Position numbers and translations under genes: made by a program. Below are positions 7,537 through 12,735 of a DNA stretch of 12,735 bases, piece by piece; positions within the stretch are counted from its first letter, which is position 1; each line of letters begins with the position of its first letter. Source of the DNA: a virus (Duplodnaviria; Heunggongvirae; Uroviricota; Caudoviricetes); IMG/VR virus record IMGVR_UViG_3300040801_002714, positions 84,436 through 97,170 of that record; one strand, written 5' to 3'. A model generated the notes under the pieces. It made no database searches and was not told where the DNA came from. It worked only from the letters and a program-made list of their open reading frames with translations.

Positions 7537-7851
7537 TTATTTATCGAACTCTTTCCTTATAATGTAGGATCCCCATTCCGATAGTGTGAAAAAACTGGCG
7601 TCTTCTGAGTCACTGAAGTATAATCGAACTCTGCGATTATCACCAAACTGACCGAGAGCGTCTTCGTAGATTATTACTTCACCTTTGAGGTATTTGATTA
7701 GCCAGGCTCGCAGTTCGCTATAGCGATGCTCCGGGACTCCTTGATGTGGTCGTATGCCATACTCAGTGATGTACACATAGGTATATTGTTCTTTGTTGAT
7801 CCAACGTTTGGCATCGTCAGATAGTTGTGTCCAGAATAATACCTGTGCCAT
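7537..7851 (-). CDS. Hypothetical protein with a C-terminal F-x-D-x2-DA-x2-F-x-L-x2-W pattern typical of small large-phage proteins
   Basis: TAATG overlap with the upstream gene; sequence RLYFSDSEDASFFTLSEW. Confidence 0.75.
   Translation of the reverse strand: MAQVLFWTQLSDDAKRWINKEQYTYVYITEYGIRPHQGVPEHRYSELRAWLIKYLKGEVIIYEDALGQFGDNRRVRLYFSDSEDASFFTLSEWGSYIIRKEFDK
7538..7545 (-). promoter_or_regulatory. T4-like late promoter (GATAAATA) for sod
   Basis: Lies 7 nt upstream of the ATG with no SD in between. Confidence 0.65.
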
Positions 7852-8330
7852 TACGGGAATGCTCTATCAAACAGTTCGTCTTCACTTAGTTCGACTTGGC
7901 CTTGCATCTTTCTGATTGTTAGCAGTTCAGGATCGCTGCGCTCGGCCTTTAGCCTTTTACGTAGCTTTCCGTAGAGAACAAGCTTATCTCGAAAAGTGAA
8001 CTCACCGCTGTATTCTATGGTTCTTGGGGGTCCAGCGGCGGAGTCTTTTTCTGTCCAACATTTCAGTGATCCGCAATCTAGACCGTATTGTAAGATAATG
8101 ATGTTGTGCCCTTTGGGTGGCAACAGATCAAAGAATAGAATCTCGGTACTAGAAAGTTTATTAACGTCTCGAGTTTCGACCCAGGCAGTAATTAAGCATT
8201 CTCTCCACCAGAGCTGCTGATCGTCTAACAGCAACCAAACTTCTTTTCCGAATTCACTTAGCAGAATTCGCGGAAAGAAAGGTACAGAGTCAGTTGACTT
8301 CTTCGTATGTGAGTTGTAGAGGATGCCCAT
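7851..8330 (-). CDS. Hypothetical protein (up to 159 aa; start uncertain)
   Basis: Long ORF filling the space, coupled to the downstream gene by TAATG. Overlaps clpS by 41 nt and has a weak SD. Confidence 0.6.
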   Translation of the reverse strand: MGILYNSHTKKSTDSVPFFPRILLSEFGKEVWLLLDDQQLWWRECLITAWVETRDVNKLSSTEILFFDLLPPKGHNIIILQYGLDCGSLKCWTEKDSAAGPPRTIEYSGEFTFRDKLVLYGKLRKRLKAERSDPELLTIRKMQGQVELSEDELFDRAFP

Positions 8331-8622
8331 GCTTTTCTGCTAGCTGTCTGCCTTCGAATGCTTTTGTTTCTGCAATTTCTTCTGTGTACACACCTGCAAC
8401 GGCGTGACCGCTTTCGTGGACTTTAAACATGAGCTCGACTGCTTCTTCTTGTGTCTTTTCGAACAGAAGCACGAGGAGGCCGACCACAAAGTCCATAGGA
8501 GTGTAGTCGTCATTCCAGATGATGACCTGGAATAGACTGGGCTCTTTGACTTCGATTTCTGTCTCAGTCTCGGCTTCAATGTCGATTTCTGAGGTCATGG
8601 CGAATTCAAAATCTGAGATCAT
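8290..8622 (-). CDS. clpS: ClpS N-degron adaptor (alternative start at ATG 8598)
   Basis: Signature NDDYTPMDFVV, the conserved His in KVHESG, and the EIAETK ClpA-contact motif. Confidence 0.93.
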   Translation of the reverse strand: MISDFEFAMTSEIDIEAETETEIEVKEPSLFQVIIWNDDYTPMDFVVGLLVLLFEKTQEEAVELMFKVHESGHAVAGVYTEEIAETKAFEGRQLAEKHGHPLQLTYEEVN

Positions 8623-8626
8623 AGCA

Positions 8627-8673
8627 AGCTCTCTGCAAGGTATATTCTGTTACTGTAACACTCGCAGAGAGCT
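8627..8673 (-). promoter_or_regulatory. 13-bp stem-loop occluding the clpS ribosome-binding region on read-through transcripts
   Basis: AGCUCUCUGCGAG (8673-8661) pairs with CUUGCAGAGAGCU (8639-8627), with one G-U pair. The 3' arm holds GAGAG and ends 4 nt before ATG 8622. Confidence 0.6.
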
Positions 8674-8680
8674 GCGTCAA
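8652..8680 (-). promoter_or_regulatory. sigma70-type promoter for clpS with an extended -10
   Basis: TTGACG (8675-8680), 17-nt spacer, TACAGT (8652-8657) preceded by TG-n. Confidence 0.65.
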
Positions 8681-8688
8681 CTTAACAA

Positions 8689-9132
8689 TTACTTGATAGT
8701 AAATGTCTTAGGCTGGTCTTGCTCCGGCACATTGCGACGAAGCACAATGCTTAAGATGCCGTGATCAAGTGTTACACTGACTACTTCGATGTGCTCGGCT
8801 AGTGTCCAGTTCTTGGTAAAAGAACGAGATGAAATGCCTTTGTGAATATAGCCGTTTCCTTCACTGCTTTCATCATCGAGCTTTTTGCCTTGTACTTTTA
8901 GTACGTTCTTGTGCTGCTCGATGTCAAGGCTGTCACGAGTGAAGCCTGCAACTGCCAATTCGATAACATAGTTGTCTTCGTCAATCTTGACCAAATTGTA
9001 AGGCGGGTAAGATTGACCCAGAGTCTGATGAGACAGTTTTTCGAAAAGTGGCTCAAAGCCCACTCCGTACTGTGCAATGTTATCAAGTAGTGTAGGAAGT
9101 GTATCCGTGGTGATACGTCTTTGGTTTGTCAT
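8689..9132 (-). CDS. hsp20: Small heat shock protein Hsp20/IbpA family (147 aa)
   Basis: YPPYNL, YVIELAVAGF, YIHKGISSRSFTKNWTL and LDHGILSI. AAGGAG SD at 9140-9145 places the start at 9132. Confidence 0.96.
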   Translation of the reverse strand: MTNQRRITTDTLPTLLDNIAQYGVGFEPLFEKLSHQTLGQSYPPYNLVKIDEDNYVIELAVAGFTRDSLDIEQHKNVLKVQGKKLDDESSEGNGYIHKGISSRSFTKNWTLAEHIEVVSVTLDHGILSIVLRRNVPEQDQPKTFTIK

Positions 9133-9138
9133 TTTTAT

Positions 9139-9191
9139 ACTCCTTATATTAAGCAAGTTAAATATTGGGGGCCCGAAATTCGGCGCCCCCA
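9139..9191 (-). promoter_or_regulatory. ROSE-like RNA thermometer in the hsp20 5' UTR
   Basis: Hairpin I: UGGGGGC-G-CCGA-AUU-UCGG-GCCCCCA. Hairpin II: ACUU(G)CUU-AAUAU-AAGGAGU, with the UUGCU motif and a bulged G opposite the SD. Confidence 0.75.
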
Positions 9192-9199
9192 GGTAGTGC

Positions 9200-9207
9200 T
9201 ATTTATA
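9200..9207 (-). promoter_or_regulatory. T4-like late promoter (TATAAATA) for hsp20
   Basis: Exact T4 late consensus, immediately upstream of the two-hairpin leader. Confidence 0.75.
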
Positions 9208-9223
9208 TTTTATTATTATCAAA

Positions 9224-9290
9224 TACGATCATTAACGATCGCAGGGTTGTCACGATGAAATAGCTACATCGCATTACACCTAAGTGTAAT
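9224..9290 (-). other. Three back-to-back hairpins between rpsU and the hsp20 promoter
   Basis: AUUACAC/GUGUAAU (9290-9273), GCGAUG/CAUCGU (9272-9252) and UGCGAUC/GAUCGUA (9243-9224), followed by UUUG. Confidence 0.5.
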
Positions 9291-9293
9291 TCT

Positions 9294-9533
9294 TTATGCC
9301 CATTGGCTCTCTTTGGACATTTGTTCCTGCTTCTTTAGCCAACGCTTACGAGCCATTTTCTTATCGCGTTGCTTTTTGACAGCAGGCTTTTCATATTCCA
9401 TGCGCTCTCTTACTTCGCGCAGTTTGCCGGACTCATTTACCTTTTTGCTGAACAGCTTCAGCGCACGATTAAAGTCACGGTCTACAGTAACAGAAAGACC
9501 CTTGATCGGTCCTCTATTATTATTTTTTCGCAT
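9294..9533 (-). CDS. rpsU: Phage-encoded ribosomal protein bS21
   Basis: FNRALKLF...G-x-L-x-EVRER-x2-YEKP...R-x-K-x2-ARKR matches the bS21 pattern; overlaps the clpX stop. Confidence 0.9.
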   Translation of the reverse strand: MRKNNNRGPIKGLSVTVDRDFNRALKLFSKKVNESGKLREVRERMEYEKPAVKKQRDKKMARKRWLKKQEQMSKESQWA

Positions 9534-10734
9534 TTTGGTTTACCTTTTTCTTGGCGCGTTTGTATATGTATTTAACCTCGCCTTGCGGTGACACCGTGAT
9601 TTTTCGAACTCCCTTCTTGGCAAGATCTGGAAGTTCAAATTGTGTAGATTGTAGTGTTGCTTCCACTAAAGACCTAAGACCACGTGCACCTGTCTTTTTC
9701 TGAATGCTTTGTTCTGCGACACTTCTGATATAATCCGGGTGAAAATCTAGGAGAACTTCGTCGACGGAAAATAAATGTTTGAACTGGTTAACAATGCAGT
9801 CTTTTGTTTCTGTCATGATTTCACACAACATGCTTTCGTCAAGCTGGTCCAGTGTGACCACAACTGGCACACGGCCTACGAACTCTGGAATGATGCCGTA
9901 CTGTATAAGATCGTCGGTGGTCACTGTTGCAAGAAGATCTGCGTCTTTTTGTTCGTCGTGAATGTTTGCGCCGATACCAATTGAACTGATCTTTTTATTC
10001 TTCTTGATAATTTTATCTAGTCCAACAAACGCACCACTGGCCACAAACAGTACATTTGTTGTATCAAAGTCTACAGTTTCGCTTCCTACTGTGACTTTGA
10101 GTGCAGTGCCTTCGATTAATTTAAGCAGTGCCTGCTGTACACCTTCTCCCGATACGTCTCGTGCAACTGTAGCACTCTCGGAGCGTTTGGCAATTTTATC
10201 CACTTCGTCGATGAACACAATGCCTTGTTGTGCCTGTTCGACGTCGCCATCAGCAGCATCAATCAATCTACTGATCAAATTTTCAACGTCGTCGCCTACA
10301 TAGCCCACTTCTGTAAGAGTGGTGGCGTCGCCGATTACGTATGGAACATCAAAAAGATCAGCAAGCGTTCTTACGAGGTGTGTCTTCCCGCAGCCGCTTG
10401 GGCCGATTAATAGTAGGTTGGACTTATCTAGTCTAAGGTCTGTGTGGTTATTGATTCGCTTGTAATGATTATATGTGGCAACACTGATCGCAACTTTTGC
10501 TCGATCTTGGCCAACAACATAATCATCTAGGTATTCTTTGATTTGTGCAGGGGTATAGCTTATTTCTACGTCGTCGGCTTCTTCTTCCTTGCCAGTGTGT
10601 AGTACCTGATGACAATAGTCTACACAAACATTACAGATGTAAATAGTTTCATCATTATGGACCGGGCCTTCGATTAACTGCTCAACTCTGCCTCTGGTCT
10701 TCTTACAAAAGGTACATCTCAGTGCTTTTGCCAA
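9520..10734 (-). CDS. clpX: ClpX AAA+ unfoldase (divergent)
   Basis: Zinc-binding domain CTFC...ICNVC, Walker A GPSGCGKT, pore-1 GYVG, Walker B FIDEVDKI, RDVSGEGVQQALLK, GARGLRS. TTG start with AAGGAG SD. Confidence 0.96.
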   Translation of the reverse strand: MAKALRCTFCKKTRGRVEQLIEGPVHNDETIYICNVCVDYCHQVLHTGKEEEADDVEISYTPAQIKEYLDDYVVGQDRAKVAISVATYNHYKRINNHTDLRLDKSNLLLIGPSGCGKTHLVRTLADLFDVPYVIGDATTLTEVGYVGDDVENLISRLIDAADGDVEQAQQGIVFIDEVDKIAKRSESATVARDVSGEGVQQALLKLIEGTALKVTVGSETVDFDTTNVLFVASGAFVGLDKIIKKNKKISSIGIGANIHDEQKDADLLATVTTDDLIQYGIIPEFVGRVPVVVTLDQLDESMLCEIMTETKDCIVNQFKHLFSVDEVLLDFHPDYIRSVAEQSIQKKTGARGLRSLVEATLQSTQFELPDLAKKGVRKITVSPQGEVKYIYKRAKKKVNQNAKK

Positions 10735-10744
10735 CCCCGACTCC

Positions 10745-11653
10745 TTAGGTATCTGTATCTATATTATTCTTTATTTTGTCTTCGGCTCTAACAGACGCTG
10801 TATCTGTTATGCTTATAGAATTTTCTCTAAGATCTTCATCTGGTGTTTCCGGTACTTCATCAGCTTCTGCGCTTTCTTCCTGGGCTGTGTTTTCTAAAGG
10901 TTTCGTTTCACGCAATTGTGCCAACGATGCGTTAGCAGCGATTAATAGTAGCACAGCTAAAGGATCGAACACAACTACTAAAATAATTATTACCCACCTA
11001 ACTGCACTTTCTAGGTTGCTTTGGGCGTCTTCGTATACGAGCTCTGCAACATATCGGATTGGACCGACTTCAAGTTCAAGTTCTCGGACTTCGGCTTCAA
11101 GAGAGAGTTTGGTATCTTCATAACCATCAATTGTTGCTTGTGCTTGGTCAATAATATCTCGAAGTTGGGCTCGCTCATCGGTCTGCGATTTACGTACTGC
11201 CAGTGCGCCCTCTGGGCCTCGTATGCGGTCGTATTCTTGTAGGATAGCAACAGCTTGGTCAAGCTGTTCAATAACTTTTTCGGCGTCATTGATTTCTCTT
11301 TGTTCTCTTGCAATCATCTGCTCAAGTCTTTCGATCTTAGCAGAATTGTTTCCAACGGGTTGTGTTTGTTCTAAGTGTGCCTTGCTCAAGAATCCAAAGA
11401 TTCCCATGCTGGTAATAAACATGAGAATTATTACTGCGGAAGTTAAATACGCTTTTAATAACAGTCCAGGTCTATCCCAGTTCTGGTATAGCCAGCTTGC
11501 AGTTACAAGCTTTCCAATTTCTAGAACTGATCCCATGATAAGGATTGGAACTGCGGCAGCAGCAAATATAGCCATTAGTCCTGCAATCGAGAACCAAGCT
11601 GCAACAGCAGCAATAGACAGAGCCGTAATGAATGTCAGAATAGCAAAAGGCAT
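10745..11653 (-). CDS. Membrane protein: about 3 N-terminal TM helices, a long coiled coil, a C-terminal TM region and an acidic tail
   Basis: Hydrophobic segments at about aa 3-55 and 66-90, a heptad-rich stretch at about aa 100-195, and VIIILVVVFDPLAVLLLIAA. Its stop overlaps the clpX SD. Confidence 0.9.
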   Translation of the reverse strand: MPFAILTFITALSIAAVAAWFSIAGLMAIFAAAAVPILIMGSVLEIGKLVTASWLYQNWDRPGLLLKAYLTSAVIILMFITSMGIFGFLSKAHLEQTQPVGNNSAKIERLEQMIAREQREINDAEKVIEQLDQAVAILQEYDRIRGPEGALAVRKSQTDERAQLRDIIDQAQATIDGYEDTKLSLEAEVRELELEVGPIRYVAELVYEDAQSNLESAVRWVIIILVVVFDPLAVLLLIAANASLAQLRETKPLENTAQEESAEADEVPETPDEDLRENSISITDTASVRAEDKIKNNIDTDT

Positions 11654-11661
11654 AATAACAC

Positions 11662-11669
11662 TATTTATC
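11662..11669 (-). promoter_or_regulatory. T4-like late promoter (GATAAATA) for the membrane protein-clpX-rpsU unit
   Basis: Lies 8 nt upstream of the ATG with no SD in between. Confidence 0.65.
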
Positions 11670-11671
11670 TG

Positions 11672-11929
11672 TTAAAGGATGCCTTTTAGCTTGAGAACCG
11701 CAGCATCTTCTCCGCATACTTCATACACATTTACGTCTGCGCCCATTATCACACAAGTGACTCCTGGGAATTGTTCATTTAAAACTCTTTTTGCGTTATT
11801 AACATACACTTCGGATAAATGTTCAGTGCGCCTTGGAAGCTGAAAAATTAAAATAGACCCCTGTTTAATGTCCAGTTCGTGTATCTCGCCTGTGTGGCCA
11901 TATCTGGGGTCATTTACTGTGATTGGCAT
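11672..11929 (-). CDS. Hypothetical protein (85 aa)
   Basis: Starts 2 nt after the queD-like stop; operon packing. Confidence 0.75.
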   Translation of the reverse strand: MPITVNDPRYGHTGEIHELDIKQGSILIFQLPRRTEHLSEVYVNNAKRVLNEQFPGVTCVIMGADVNVYEVCGEDAAVLKLKGIL

Positions 11930-11931
11930 TA

Positions 11932-12426
11932 TTAGCCCTCATACCATGCTGCATTACTAGGTGTTTCTCTCACCACAACTTTGCGACAGCGTATGCCACC
12001 GTTCGGATAATGATCTGGTAACCAAATAACGTTCAGGTAATCGAACAGGTACTTGCTTAGTGCTTCGCATCCTGTTGCTTCAACCACCACCATTTTTGCT
12101 AGTGCTTTATTGTGTAGCATCTCGAATGTCTCAAACTCCGGATCATCTTCTGCCACAAGCATTGTGTGATCGAAGTTTTCTTTGAGAAACTCCTTGAATG
12201 TGCGTAGTGAACCGAAGTCCACTACCCAGTTTCTTGCGTCTAATGTCTCACACTCAAACTCAAAGTAAAAGCCAAGTGCATAACCATGCAGTGCATTACA
12301 GCCCGGGACTTCGTCACGAGTATACAGTTCTGTCGGGCCTTTGCCACTTTTCCTATCAGCACGCCATTGTCTATAGCAAACTGCAAAGCCTTCTTCGGGC
12401 CCGTAGTTTTTAGTTGATACGTACAT
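11932..12426 (-). CDS. queD: QueD/6-pyruvoyl-tetrahydropterin synthase-like T-fold protein (COG0720 family)
   Basis: C-x3-HGY (CNALHGY), NWVVDFG, FDHT and the C-terminal VRETP. Confidence 0.8.
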   Translation of the reverse strand: MYVSTKNYGPEEGFAVCYRQWRADRKSGKGPTELYTRDEVPGCNALHGYALGFYFEFECETLDARNWVVDFGSLRTFKEFLKENFDHTMLVAEDDPEFETFEMLHNKALAKMVVVEATGCEALSKYLFDYLNVIWLPDHYPNGGIRCRKVVVRETPSNAAWYEG

Positions 12427-12728
12427 TACGATTCCTGCTCCGCTGTGGTTTCTTCTTTTTCTTCTTCCGGAACTCTAGTTATAAAATGTCCGAAGTTCGC
12501 AACTATTTTCATAGTTGTCGTTCCTTCTGCACTGTAGTCAAAAGAAACAACACTTTTAACATTTGAAAGTGTTCTAAAAGTTAGGCGTCTTGCGGGATCG
12601 TCCGCTGCTCCTGGCATTAGATCACAATGTATTTCCCCAGTCGGATTTCCGAAAAATCTTGCAACATCGCGTTCCACGCCGCCAACATGAAGTGGTATAG
12701 TTAGCTTTACTTCGAGCTTATTGTTCAC
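12426..12728 (-). CDS. Hypothetical protein; the frame is open to the right edge, so the true start may lie outside the window
   Basis: TAATG coupling to the queD-like gene. The in-frame codons upstream of GTG 12728 are GTT and GAT (no stop). Confidence 0.7.
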   Translation of the reverse strand: MNNKLEVKLTIPLHVGGVERDVARFFGNPTGEIHCDLMPGAADDPARRLTFRTLSNVKSVVSFDYSAEGTTTMKIVANFGHFITRVPEEEKEETTAEQES

Positions 12729-12735
12729 AACATCA

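Noticed and set aside
9192-9200. TAGCACT upstream of hsp20, resembling a CIRCE half-site; also searched for a sigma32 promoter
   Set aside because: The second CIRCE arm (GAGTGCTAA after 9 nt) is absent, and no CTTGAA...CCCCAT pair was seen.
4184-10734. Interpretation as a bacterial chromosomal heat-shock locus
   Set aside because: clpX lacks the usual tig/clpP/lon neighbours and clpS lacks clpA. The ligase is ATP-dependent T4-type, the genes are interspersed with small orphan ORFs, and T4-like late motifs are present.
2174-11313. Alternative-frame minus-strand ORFs (2174-2428, 2573-2776, 3450-3677, 3855-4058, 6558-6785, 8340-8579, 8898-9086, 11011-11313)
   Set aside because: They are nested in or largely overlap better-supported genes and have no independent translation signals.
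249-12413. All plus-strand ORFs in the track (e.g. 735-1199, 1259-1768, 1825-2355, 4631-5038, 5180-5659, 11223-11675)
   Set aside because: They are antisense shadows of well-supported minus-strand genes, with no recognisable motifs or SD/promoter support.
1-12735. tRNA/tmRNA genes, CRISPR array, introns/inteins, stop-codon recoding
   Set aside because: The gaps are too short and no cloverleaf or repeat-spacer pattern was seen. Ligase, FtsH and ClpX are of normal length and uninterrupted. TAA, TGA and TAG all end genes at sensible positions under code 11.

Overview
All credible genes lie on the minus strand, tightly packed with many TAATG/ATGA/TGATG overlaps. The window reads as a large T4-like (jumbo) phage genome segment, not a bacterial chromosome: it has a T4 gp30-type ATP-dependent DNA ligase, and every minus-strand ATAAATA (T4 late-promoter-like) is intergenic and upstream of a start codon. 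In transcription order (right to left): hypothetical, QueD/PTPS-like, hypothetical, 4-TM coiled-coil membrane protein, ClpX, ribosomal protein bS21, Hsp20, ClpS, two hypotheticals, a short Fe/Mn SOD, two hypotheticals, a GcrA-C-terminal-like mini-protein, FtsH, hypothetical, a membrane-anchored protein with an Rmf-like motif, DNA ligase, a basic hypothetical, an exported protein, a SLOG-family protein, two basic hypotheticals and a truncated late gene. The standout is an apparent phage proteostasis/translation-control module (ClpX without the RKH loop, ClpS, Hsp20, FtsH, bS21). It appears to be regulated at the RNA level: a ROSE-like thermometer on hsp20, promoter-embedded RBS-occluding hairpins, and near-leaderless late mRNAs. 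The SOD shares an N-terminal leader with another late protein, suggesting capsid packaging. All family calls come from motif recognition by eye; no database searches were run.
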